From Tubiluchus corallicola (lineage: Eukaryota > Animalia > Priapulida), in the NCBI GenBank assembly GCA_030141605.1, contig JAQGDQ010000668.1, positions 59,384 to 115,734 on the forward strand: a stretch of 56,351 nt of DNA, written 5' to 3'. The position numbers and the translations under genes are program-made. This document shows positions 27,075-38,447 of the stretch, in pieces. Each line of letters begins with the position of its first letter. The first letter of the stretch is position 1. The notes beneath the pieces were generated by a model. The model searched no databases and had not been told where the DNA came from. It saw nothing but the letters and a program-made list of their open reading frames with translations.

Positions 27075-27315
27075 GGTTCTTCAGTATGATCCAGCACAAA
27101 TGATGAAAGAGCTTCTAGCTCCGTGGAATCAGAAAGCACAAATGTGTCCGCATTGTTAAGTCCACATTGTTTAGAAATTGATCCGTCTTCACACTCAATG
27201 TAAGAACACAATGTCCATCCTACATCATGCTTCCCAGATTCTGAGCCAAATTTTATACACCGTGTAGCTTGTCCATCAAAATTTTCATACGGTGGTGGAC
27301 ATCTATATTTTATGG
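27075..27315 (-). CDS. Mosaic lectin gene exon: N-terminal part of CTL domain 4
   Basis: IKYRCPPPYENFDGQATRCIKFGSESGKHDVGWTLCSYIECEDGSISKQC...STELEALSSFV; 241 nt, phases 1-2. Confidence 0.87.
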
Positions 27316-27380
27316 CTGATAAAAGAAATGCTTAACGATAATTTAGCATTATGATAATTTTATAGATCTATAATAACAAT

Positions 27381-27845
27381 CAGGGTCAATAAGAGAGCAA
27401 ATGCGAGGCCCTGGCGTGGAGGCTTGGTGGCAAAGTACCCACAGGGTCCAGGGCACAGAAACTTGTGAGGGGTTAGGGGGACCAAGCCTCCAAATTTTTT
27501 TTGAAAACTAAGGTGAAATTCTATGGATTTTAAGGCAATTAAAGTGTATTTCTCAGCTAAAATGAAAAGAACATTGTTCATTCACATTTAGAATTTCTAT
27601 TACGGTTGTTTAGAGCCTAATAAACTACATACGCTGAATTTCAAAAACACGCAAATATACTGTAGTATCCTACTCCATCTTGGTAAGTTAACTTGTCGGG
27701 CTTTCCTTGAGGCGAAATCGCTCCCAATCTCCCGCGCCGTAAGCAGGTAGGGGACAAACAAATTTTTCAAGGTCAAAGCGCGAGGCCTTTAACATGAGAG
27801 GCGCTAGGCAATCGCCAAGGTCACCTTGCCCTTTTGCCGACCCTG
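27381..27845. mobile_element. hAT-type MITE
   Basis: CAGGGTC...GACCCTG termini; TSD ATAACAAT / ATAACATT. Confidence 0.75.
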
Positions 27846-28030
27846 ATAACATTATAACATTATATTACAGTAGGTTTGTTTCACGAAAATAAGAATGAGA
27901 ATCATTTTATTTTGCACACATGGACAGTAATAGTACTGCATCAAGGTACAGCAAAGGAAGGTGAAATACGACCATACAGTCCTTTTGTTCATTTGTTTAT
28001 TAGACCAAAACACCATTACAATTACATGAT

Positions 28031-28326
28031 CAGGGCCTATTTCAAGGGAGGGAAGTGGGGATACTTCCCCGGGGCCTCACCCTCCAGTGGGCCTCGCGCC
28101 GAGGTGATTTGACTATTTGAGAAGTATTAAGGACTGGTCTTGAGAATAAAGCAGTTTTTCTTTCAATTGTTCATCCCTTTAACAACTGTATAACTCCATA
28201 TTTTCCCTTCGAAAATGCTTCTCCCGCGTTCTAGCAGTTAAAAATTTTCTGGGCGCCAACACCCCCCCCGAGGGGGCCTCACACGCCCCATTTCCCTGGC
28301 CCTCGCTTAGGCTGAAATGGGCCCTG
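28031..28326. mobile_element. hAT-type MITE
   Basis: TIR CAGGGCCTATTTCA / TGAAATGGGCCCTG; flanks TACATGAT / TTCATAAT. Confidence 0.75.
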
Positions 28327-29361
28327 TTCATAATCAGATATACTACGTACAACTATACAAACTGAAAACAAAATTTACTACAATTACTTGTCATGTGAGC
28401 AATTAATTAGTGAATGAATGATGTAACTGTTTGCAGCTGAGCTAAAAGCTGGAACTTTAAAAGCCCAACTGCAATACAGCGCGTGTTGTTAAGTGTTAGG
28501 GGGAGGTTAAAAGAGATGCACAATGAATAGAGATGACATGAGGGTAAAATTAGGGTGTAAGTAAGTAATGTAAGTAAAAGATAAAAAACACTAAAAAATA
28601 TAAAAAAAAATTAAAAATAAAACCGATGAGGTGATAATGATGAAAATGCAATGAAAATGAAGTCTAACATAATGTCAATCATTTTCGTTTACTGCCCAAT
28701 CAGCGTGCAAGTTATGTCACACACCCCTGAAATTACAAGTGAATTAGTGGAAATATATAGTCTAGTTTCGTTTATAGGAAGAAATGCACAACGCTTACGT
28801 CTATGAGTTACTGACTAAACCATTTTGCAATCAAGAAAATATGCAGTTTAGTTTTGTTTATGGCTTTGCAAGTTAGATAAAAACAACTATTTGATTAACT
28901 TTAAATGAGGACAAAACAAAATGTTTCCTTTTCTGTCCAGTTTTTATAAACCTCAGTGAGATATTCTCAGTCAAAATTAATCAAATGTGATCAAAACTTA
29001 TATTATATATCAATGTAATATTAGCTAATTTTACGCTATTTTTCTCCTTATATTCAAGGTTAGAAGATACCACTAGGACTTATGTGACTTGGGAATTCAA
29101 TATAAGAGTCGACTATGGAATGGAACAGTCAAATTTATTCCATTTCCGTAGCCTGACATACGGAAAAATACAAAAACTGATTAAATCTTGCAGACGAGGA
29201 CATGATCAGTTAATATAGAAAAAATACATGGCAGCCGTCATGTTCGTATGTTTAAAGGCAAGAAAGACTTTATATTTTTGTTGCTAATTTACTGTAAAGC
29301 AAGGCTAACAGGCTTAGTTTCTTTATTATACTTATGTCTCTGTATTTTGTAGTGCTTTGAA

Positions 29362-30020
29362 ACTTCGTCTCTACTTTCTGTTTAAATTTTTTGGCTACTT
29401 GAAGTGTTAATTTCGTGTAAAAATAGCTGCTGCTCTACAAATTCGTGTTTATGAAAAAGAGCAATCAGTTTATCTGCTGATTAGACACTAGTTGTGACTG
29501 TCATGTTGTTTAGTTTAGTTTAGTTTAGCTTAGACAGTTGTTGTCCTGCGTGATGCTGCTGAGCGTTCCTACGTTACCGAGGAGGCGCAGCGATAGACCA
29601 ATATTATTGACGTCAATTACGTATACAGGGATGGACCGTGAGTGGCAACCAAAGTGGTGAACACAATGAGTCTGTACATGCTGCCCTTATTTTAATACTA
29701 AACTTTATGATATGCTGTAGTTGTGCGGCGTACATAAATAATTCTGATAATATAGTACAATATTTTAATGAAGTAGTGCAGAAATTGCAAACGTTTAATA
29801 CTTATTAAGACATAATGAAATGAATAGCAGTGAGTTAGATATAAAGGTGCATATGAACTTTCTGTTTACCTATCTTGTTACAGGATGACTGTATTTTACT
29901 AGAAACAATTTTAAATCATAGGAAATATATATATATATATATATAGCTATTTTTACACGAAATTAACACTTCAAGTAGCTAACAAATGACTTTCCAATTT
30001 ACACAGAAAGTAAAGACCAA
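29362..30020. repeat. Inverted repeat pair, probably a TE remnant
   Basis: 29394-29428 is the perfect reverse complement of 29945-29979, with imperfect outward extension. Confidence 0.75.
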
Positions 30021-30039
30021 GCATAGTTTGTCACATACT

Positions 30040-30200
30040 AGTATTACTCATATAGTATTATTCAAGTAGATATATATAGTGTGCAAATATACATATGTAT
30101 GTATATAGATATATATATGTTCAAGTAGATATATATAGTATGCAAATGTATTTGCATACTGTATATATTACTACTTGTATAATACTATATGAGTAATACT
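30040..30200. repeat. AT-rich fold-back palindrome
   Basis: AGTATTACTCATATAGTATTAT... / ...ATAATACTATATGAGTAATACT arms. Confidence 0.8.
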
Positions 30201-30570
30201 AAACTTACATAATATTATATGAATAAATTATTTTTGTTTAGATGAATTAAAACGTGATAAATAAATACAAATATAATTGCGTGTCGTGCATAAAATTAGA
30301 AAGTGTACATGCGTACCTTGTTCTTGAAATGATCTTAATAAGATTTCAAAGATGATTAGTTATTTCATGGATTACGGACCTAAACCATTTAGCTATGTAA
30401 AGCAATGCAGCATTGTAGGAAATTTATTTTGTGGAATATGGAATTAAGCCATTTAGCATGTAGAGCTATGCAGCATTCTACTAAATACCATTACATCATC
30501 AAACATACTGAAAAGGTGCCATATCTTGAAGAACACGTTCCTAACTCATAATATTAACAAGCTAAAATAC

Positions 30571-30786
30571 CTTTTTCGCATACAGGACGAAACTCTGGAT
30601 CGGCTTGATCATCATCCATGTCAAATCCGAAATTACTGCGCAACACAAGAACGTTTCCACTCCCATCCGGTTCATCTTCATGCCATGCAGTGAATGTGAC
30701 CTTTTTTCCTGTTGAAGTCCACGTCCATTCTTCATCAGACAGGTAACCACTTGTCCAAACAGTGAATGTACCCAATGCCATATCAA
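30571..30786 (-). CDS. Mosaic lectin gene exon: C-terminal half of CTL domain 3 (EPD motif)
   Basis: DMALGTFTVWTSG...WTWTSTGKKVTFTAWHEDEPDG...DMDD...RPVCEK; 216 nt, phases 1-1. Confidence 0.9.
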
Positions 30787-30822
30787 CTAAAAGTTTTTGA
30801 TATAGATTATCGATTACGATTA

Positions 30823-31417
30823 CCGTATTTTCCCGTGTATAAGAGACCCTTTTTTGCTCAGAATTTTCACTTTAAAAATAGGAGGTCTCTTATACATGGG
30901 AGTAAGTCTTTTCAATAAGATGCATAAATTGTGACACTAATGATTTTAAAGAAATAAGTGCTCTACAACTGTTTTATTTCGAATAATTATAGTTTCCTTT
31001 CAATAAATCTTCTCCATGGCTAAATTCTAATGATAAAATTAATGTACCGGGTAAGTTATTATTTTTTTAAATGTCTCTTTGGTATTGGAGAGAAATCTAT
31101 TGTTCTGCAGCCAATCAACGCATCTGCATAAGCTCTCTGCATGCCCGTCGACGTCATTGATACGTCGGCAGAGGTCAACGAGATGAGTCAGCCTAAGCAA
31201 GGCGTGTCGCGTTCGACTATGAAGCGGTTGTAAGCAATACAGCATCGTGACACAGGTCTGACTCCAGTTGATATTTTTGATGAGAGTGATGAGGAATTTA
31301 ATGATTTCTATGACGAATAAAGTTATTCATTACCAAAAAACTTTTTTCCAGAATTTTTGCCTAAAAATTGAAGGGGTCTCTTATACACAAGGGTCTCTTA
31401 TACATGGGAAAATACGG
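30823..31417. mobile_element. Tc2/pogo-type MITE
   Basis: TA|CCGTATTTTCCCGTGTATAAGAGACCCT ... AGGGTCTCTTATACATGGGAAAATACGG|TA, with internal sub-terminal copies of GGTCTCTTATACA. Confidence 0.88.
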
Positions 31418-31442
31418 TAAGTGCTACTTATTAGTAGGTGGA

Positions 31443-32343
31443 TTGCCAACAACATGGCTTGCAGAAGATCTTGTTTAATGTCAACAACATGGCTTACAAA
31501 AGATTTTATTTAATGCCAACAACACGGCTTGCAGAAGATCTTGTTTAATGCCAACAACATGGCTTGCAGAAGATTTTATTTAATGCCAACAACACGGCTT
31601 GCAGAAGATCTTGTTTAATGCCAACAACATGGCTTGCAGAAGATCTTGTTTAATGCCAACAACATGGCTTGCAGTAGATCTTATTTAATGCCAACAACAT
31701 GGCTTGCAGAAGATCTTGTTTAATGCCAACTACATGGCTTGCAGAAGATCTTGTTTAATGCCAACAACATGGCTTACAGAAGATCTTGTTTAATGCCAAC
31801 AACATGGCTTGCAGAAGGTCTTGTTTAATGCCAACAACGTGGCTTACAAAAGATTTTATTTAATGCCAACAACACGGCTTGCAGAAGATCTTGTTTAATG
31901 CCAACAACATGGCTTGCAGTAGATCTTACTTAATGCCAACAACACGGCTTGCAGTAGATCTTATTTAATGCCAACAACATGGCTTGCAGTAGATCTTATT
32001 TAATGCCAACAACATGGCTTGCAGAAGATCTTGTTTAATGCCAGCAACATGGCTTGCAGTTGATCTTATTTAATGCCAGCAACATGGCTTGTAGTAGATC
32101 TTGTTTAATGCCAACAACGTGGCTTGCAGAAGATCTTATTTAATGCCAACAACATGGCTTGCAGAAGATCTTGTTTAATGCCAGCAATGTGGCATGCAGA
32201 AGATCTTGTTTAATGCCAACAACATGGCTTGCAGAAGATCTTTTTTAATGCCAGCAACATGGCTTGCAGAATGTTTAATGCCAGCAACATGGCTTGCAGA
32301 ATGTTTAATGCCAGCAATATGGCTTGTAGAAGATCTTGTTTAA
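31443..32343. repeat. 35-bp tandem satellite, about 26 copies
   Basis: Unit AATGCCAACAACATGGCTTGCAGAAGATCTTGTTT. Confidence 0.96.
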
Positions 32344-32754
32344 AGTCCGTAAACTATTGCCTTAACTAGGAATGTTATGTGTGTCTTGTCATTCTGGTGT
32401 GATGTTTAAATGATAATGTGACACATGCAATCACAAAACACCACGTTTCTGGTGTTCAAAACAATTTCCAAAGCTGTTAAACAATATTTAGCAGCTTTTT
32501 ATTGAATGGAACCTTCCTAATGTGTTTTAATGGTATAGCTTTAATTTCGGGAGATATAGCCAATAAGGAAAGAGTGGCGAGTTCTGGCTAAGGATATGCA
32601 TTATACTGCCCCCTCTATCTTGAATGACCAGGTACGGCACTTGGTGGCATCACCAAGCATTAGCAAACACAAGGATTTTTTTCTGAGTCATGAATTTTAC
32701 ACTGCAAATTTATATTGCACAAAATTCTTTATAAAATTTAATAAAACTTTATAC

Positions 32755-32937
32755 CTTTTTTCTTATTCAGCCACGTCACCACATCTGTATATTCATCTTG
32801 TGTCTCTAAACTCAACAGTTGACTGTCAATGTGCTCACAGTACGTCTTCGCCTGATTAACATCCAGGTCTTTGCTTCCAAGAAGATAACAGCTTTTAATT
32901 TGATGTCCTGCTGATTCAAAACCCGCATAACACGCAA
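32755..32937 (-). CDS. Mosaic lectin gene exon: N-terminal half of CTL domain 3
   Basis: VACYAGFESAGHQIKSCYLLGSKDLDVNQAKTYCEHIDSQLLSLETQDEYTDVVTWL; 183 nt, phases 1-1 using an AAG acceptor. Confidence 0.87.
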
Positions 32938-33560
32938 CTTCCGGGAACAAAAACAAGATTAATGACCATCTTATTTCCAAAATGATGCTTTCCCTTGCCA
33001 AATTTCTTGGAAGAACTTCAAATTAAGAATGAAATGTCAATAAACAGTGTGAAAATCACATAGACAAGAATAAAAATTGATTTCCAATATTTTAACACTT
33101 TACCACGAAATCATCAATAATTGTTTTTTGTACTGATACAATGCTGTTTTTTAAATGGTTGGCTGATAAATTTATTATAACAGTTTACTTCAAGTCACTT
33201 TAGAATTCAGCTTACAAAGTTAGAAACCAAGAACATAACTATAGGAAAATTTGATAAGCCTTATTTCAGTTTCATTGACAAATTTTGTGGATATAGTCGT
33301 CCTGTCTCTGCATTCGTTACCGCACAGCACTGTAAGTACTAGTCATTAAAACTACAAGCAAAATATTTATTTGAATTATTATATTAATGTGTTTTGTATA
33401 ATAATGTGTAGTTTTAGCCACAGATATGACTTGCCAATGTGAAGTACTAACGTGAATAATAGTTAAGCGTTACATTTTTCTGAACAATACAGAACGATAG
33501 ACTGACATAGGACCAGTGTAAAGCCTTTATGTAAGATGAGGAAATTATGTAGGTAATTAC

Positions 33561-33779
33561 CTTTTTCACACACAGGATGATGGTCTTCACCAGAAAGGAT
33601 ATCATCCATTTTAAATTCAAGGGCTTCTGGCAACCATATGAAAACTCCGTTTCCCCATGGCTGATCCGGGGCCCAAGCACTGAACTCTAACTCTTTCACT
33701 GTCGACTCCCAGTAAAATGTTAAAGGATCTCCTTCATTACGATAACCGGTTGTCCAAACTCCTCCATACGGCATGTCAG
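33561..33779 (-). CDS. Mosaic lectin gene exon: C-terminal half of CTL domain 2 (QPW motif)
   Basis: DMPYGGVWTTG...FYWESTVKELEFSAWAPDQPWG...KMDD...HPVCEK; 219 nt, phases 1-1. Confidence 0.9.
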
Positions 33780-34808
33780 CTGAAGTTATAATAACTACAG
33801 ATCACCAGTTTATAGTTAACAAAACCATTTTCTTACTTTTTCTGTCATTTTGGCTGATATTCAGGCCCAAATCATGATCATTTGGGGCAGCTAAGCTAAT
33901 GAAATTATGAGCCTGTCGTTGTGAACAACCGAAAATCATAAAAAATACATTTAATTTGCAATTAGATTAATAACCTGTAAAACCGCTATTACTGTAGTAG
34001 ATATGGCTTCTATCTATCTGTTACCTATTCTAAAAATGGGTTTAACCTAATAGCGAACGGTTGCTCTAGTTTTGCTAAAGTTTGTACTACTAGTTGGCTT
34101 TTACAAGACATTATATGCAGACATATTTTTGCCTGTATTTCTGTGGAAACTTCTATATCAATAAACGTTTAAGGTATATTCTACTGTTATACCTTTTGTC
34201 AACACGACAGGGCCTCCTCAGATGGAGTGACACTCCAACTCGCCCACACCCACATGGAATATCTCTTACTCCTGATTTTATGCATTTTACTATTCACTAG
34301 TTAGATGGGTACTAGCGCCTGCATCTCAGAACCACGTTGCCCCCCAAAAAAGAAAAAGAAAAATGAGTACTGCACCTCTCAGTGCACAGGCGTTCGCTTG
34401 TGATGTAGCGCACACGTTCGAGAGCTCATGCGGTAGCACAGTGGTGAACTTTAAATTGAAACTTAACATCGAAATTAAAATTTTTAAACTGAATTTTTGT
34501 GCATCGCACTGTATCTCGTACAGTAGCACTGTACTGAAATGTTCGTTATCGCAACACGCTAATGAAGTGTTTGTGCTATTGAAAATAATGTTCAGTTGTG
34601 ATGTCATCAATAGTTGGGCCCGCTGGCATTCGAGTTTAAGTTTTTCATTTGTTAATTAATTATCAATAAAAGCTTTGGCATTACTGTAGTTGTTAAAATG
34701 TATAATTTGTATTATACTTCAAACTAGGGTAGGATGTGAAAAATCATCCTGTTTTCCTTTAAACGAAGTCTGAGCATTCGGTCTTCATTCAACGGAAAAT
34801 GTCCCCAG

Positions 34809-35160
34809 TCAATGAACATGCTTGTATTAAAGTTACATACTCAATGAACATGCTTGTATTAAAGTTACATACTCAATGAACATGCTTGTATTAAAGTTAC
34901 ATACTCAATGAACATGCTTGTATTAAAGTTACATACTCAATGAACATGCTTGTATTAAAGTTACATACTCAATGAACATGCTTGTATTAAAGTTACATGC
35001 TCAATGAACATGCTTGTATTAAAGTTACATACTCAATGAACATGCTTGTATTAAAGTTACATACTCAATGAACATGCTTGTATTAAATTTACATACTCAA
35101 TGAACATGCTTGTATTAAAGTTACATACTCAATGAACATGCTTGTATTAAAGTTGCGTAC
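34809..35160. repeat. 32-bp tandem repeat, about 11 near-identical copies
   Basis: Unit TCAATGAACATGCTTGTATTAAAGTTACATAC. Confidence 0.96.
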
Positions 35161-35276
35161 TAAATATTACTATTAACTTACCTATTAAAATAAAGGTACC
35201 TATTTACATATTACCCAATTTGGCTAGTAAATACTTGCAAGGAGGAAAGTTTAGAAAGAATTACAATTTTTTATAC

Positions 35277-35465
35277 CGTGTTCCTTTTTGAGCCATGCTA
35301 CCACAGCCTCATATTCTTCTCCAGTTTCAGTACTCAGTAACTGACTGCTAAGATTTGCGCAGTAATCAAATGATTCATCTCTGTTATTAGGACCACTTCC
35401 GAAGTGATAGCAGTGGATGCCCTGCCGTAGCATCAGCGATTTAAACCCTGGAGGACACACAACTT
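35277..35465 (-). CDS. Mosaic lectin gene exon: N-terminal half of CTL domain 2
   Basis: VVCPPGFKSLMLRQGIHCYHFG...SFDYCANLSSQLLSTETGEEYEAVVAWL; 189 nt, phases 1-1. Confidence 0.9.
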
Positions 35466-36036
35466 CTGGTGAAAAAAAGAAAAATGTGAATAGCTCTGAA
35501 GACCAAAGCTGACTAAGTATTTTAGATTTTATTATAAGACCTTAATGGATGTTTTTTCCAAGATCCAAGATTGTTTATTTCACATCAACACAAATACAAA
35601 ATTAATACATTAAATGAAACAAAATGTTTTCAATAATTCAGTGGTTGACAAAACAATCAATTACATCATAAGAAGCAATTTTTGAAAAAAAATGAACAGC
35701 TATACTCATTTGAATGATTTGTGTTGCACTGAAGTAAAGAAGCCAAGCTAGTAAAAATGCCCTGACTGTGAAATTTCAAGTAATGGGCAATGTTAATTAT
35801 ATCTATAGAACCAAAGTTCTGACAATGATGCAACACAACACAGCTTGTAAAAGAATCAGACAGGTTTTCAAAATTTTCATCTAGGCCCTGATTGTTAATA
35901 ATAATGATGATGATGATAATAATAATAGAATAATAATAGTAATTTATTAGCACGACTTATTAGGCTTTACACAGTTAAAAATACAATAAAATCAGAAAAC
36001 GAGATTGTTACGCTGCACAAATTACTAACACACGTG

Positions 36037-36207
36037 TATTATTATTATTGTTATTGTTATTGTTATTGTTATTGTTATTGTTATTGTTATTGTTATTGTT
36101 ATTGTTATTGTTATTGTTATTGTTATTGTTATTGTTATTGTTATTGTTATTGTTATTGTTATTGTTATTGTTATTGTTATTGTTATTGTTATTGTTATTA
36201 TTATTAT

Positions 36208-36245
<38 letters not shown>

Positions 36246-36281
36246 TTATTATTATTATTGTTATTATTATTATTATTATTA

Positions 36282-36313
<32 letters not shown>
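36037..36313. repeat. (TTATTG)n/(TAC)n/(TAT)n microsatellite
   Basis: Direct inspection. Confidence 0.96.
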
Positions 36314-36316
<3 letters not shown>

Positions 36317-36317
36317 G

Positions 36318-36630
36318 CAAGTGTACCACAGCAACGCGTCTTAGCTACAACCGTCACGTGACATGTGTGTAAAGCAAGCGTCAATTCTGTACCTTCAGTT
36401 GTTTTACGTGGACTTTACTTAATTATGCATTAGTCTGTGGGCAGAGTGATTTGCTAGTAGGATCTTGCTTAGGACAAAGAAAAAATGAACTAGTCGCATT
36501 CACCCCTTTTCTTAATCACTTTTACAACAGCATGCGCTCCGAGGCGTTGTCAAGTGTACACAAATGTCTGGTACATTTGACCTTTGACCTTTTCAAGATC
36601 ATCATGAGTCGCTAGAACTGTGAAAACGTT
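36318..36630 (+). mobile_element. Partial MITE copy (family of 49780-50160)
   Basis: Shares CTTCAGTTGTTTTACGTGGACTTTACTTAATTATGCATTAG and the right end AACTGTGAAAA. Confidence 0.8.
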
Positions 36631-37106
36631 ATTGAGATTTAAAATATGAAGTTATCGTGCCATTTCTACATATGACAGTAACTGCTTTCAAAGCTGCGAA
36701 CAGCATCAAAGACGATCGATCATTTTTTAAATTTCTTTATGTTTTTGTACAATGCAATGCTAATGTATTAAAGCATGTAATATAAAAGTAACTATTACAT
36801 TCATTGGGAAAAACATAATAATTGTTAATGTTGAAGTAAAAACAGTTTACAATGATTCCTACTTTTATAGTTAGTTTTTCAGCAAGATTAAGCAACTGAA
36901 ATACAATAGGAGATTATTAAAGAAAAACTTACGAGCCAAACTAAGTTCAGTGTATTTCAACATAGGATTAACATAGTGAAATTCACATACAATATACCCA
37001 CGTAAAAAGTTTGCCAAAAACAGAAAAATTAAAAAATATGAATTTTGCATTGATATTGAGCTGCTTTTTTTCTGGCCACGACATCCTTATTAGTTCAAAT
37101 TGGGAG

Positions 37107-38220
37107 TGCCCAGGTGTAAAAATGATGCCCAGGTGTGAAAATGATGCCCAGGTGTGAAAATGGTGCCCAGGTGTGAAAATGATGCCCTGGTGTGAAAATG
37201 GTGCCCTGATGTGAAAATGGTGCCCTGGTGTGAAAATGGTGCCCAGGTGTGAAAATGGTGTCCAGGTGTGAAAATGATGTCCAGGTGTGAAAATGATGCC
37301 CAGGTGTGAAAATGGTGCCCAGGTGTGAAAATGATGCCCTGGTGTGAAAATGGTGTCCAGGTGTGAAAATGGTGTCCTGGGGTGAAAATGATGTCCTGGT
37401 GTGAAAATGGTGCCCAGGTGTGAAAATGGTGTCCAGGTGTGAAAATGGTGCCCTGATGTGAAAATGGTGCCCTGGTGTGAAAATGATGCCCTGGGGTGAA
37501 AATGATATCCAGGTGTGAAAATGGTGCCCAGGTGTGAAAATGGTGCCCTGATGAGAAAATGGTGCCCTGATGTGAAAATGGTGCCCAGGTGTGAAAATGG
37601 TGTCCAGGTGTGAAAATGATGCCCTGGTGTGAAAATGATGTCCAGGTGTGAAAATGATGCCCTGGTGTGAAAATGATGCCCAGGTGTGAAAATGGTGTCC
37701 AGGTGTGAAAATGGTGCCCAGGTGTGAAAATGATGCCCTGATGTGAAAATGGTGCCCTGGTGTGAAAATGATGCCCTGGGGTGAAAATGATATCCAGGTG
37801 TGAAAATGGTGCCCAGGTGTGAAAATGATGCCCAGGTGTGAAAATGATGCCCAGGTGTGAAAATGATGCCCAGGTGTGAAAATGATGCCCTGATGTGAAA
37901 ATGATGCCCAGGTGTGAAAATGGTGCCCAGGTGTGAAAATGTTGCCCAGGTGTGAAAATGATGCCCAGGTGTGAAAATGGTGCCCAGGTGTGAAAATGGT
38001 GCCCAGGTGTGAAAATGGTGCCCAGGTGTGAAAATGATGTCCAGGTGTGAAAATGATGCCCAGGTGTGAAAATGGTGCCCAGGTGTGAAAATGGTGCCCT
38101 GGTGTGAAAATGGTGCCCTGATGTGAAAATGGTGCCCTGATGTGAAAATGATGCCCTGGTGTGAAAATGTTGCCCAGGTGTGAAAATGATGCCCTGGTGT
38201 GAAAATGATGTCCAGGTGTG
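37107..38220. repeat. 19-bp tandem satellite, about 58 copies
   Basis: Unit TGCCCAGGTGTGAAAATGR; the 19-aa periodicity of the ORFs equals 3 units. Confidence 0.96.
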
Positions 38221-38447
38221 CAAACATAACCCTCCTCACTAGAAGGCGACACCTCTGAGTTTCGTACAAACATAACCCTCCTTACTAGAAGGCGACACCT
38301 CTGAGTTTCGTGCAAACATAACCCTCCTCACTAGAAGGCGACACCTCTGAGTTTCGTACAAACATAACCCTCCTTACTAGAAGGCGACACCTCTGAGTTT
38401 CGTGCAAAACATAACCCTCCTCACTAGAAGGCGACACCTCTGAGTTT
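38221..38447. repeat. 46-bp tandem repeat, about 5 copies, abutting the 19-bp array
   Basis: Unit CAAACATAACCCTCCTYACTAGAAGGCGACACCTCTGAGTTTCGTR. Confidence 0.93.

Noticed and set aside
36008-36384. Poly-Asn/Leu/Tyr-Cys ORFs
   Set aside because: Microsatellite artefacts.
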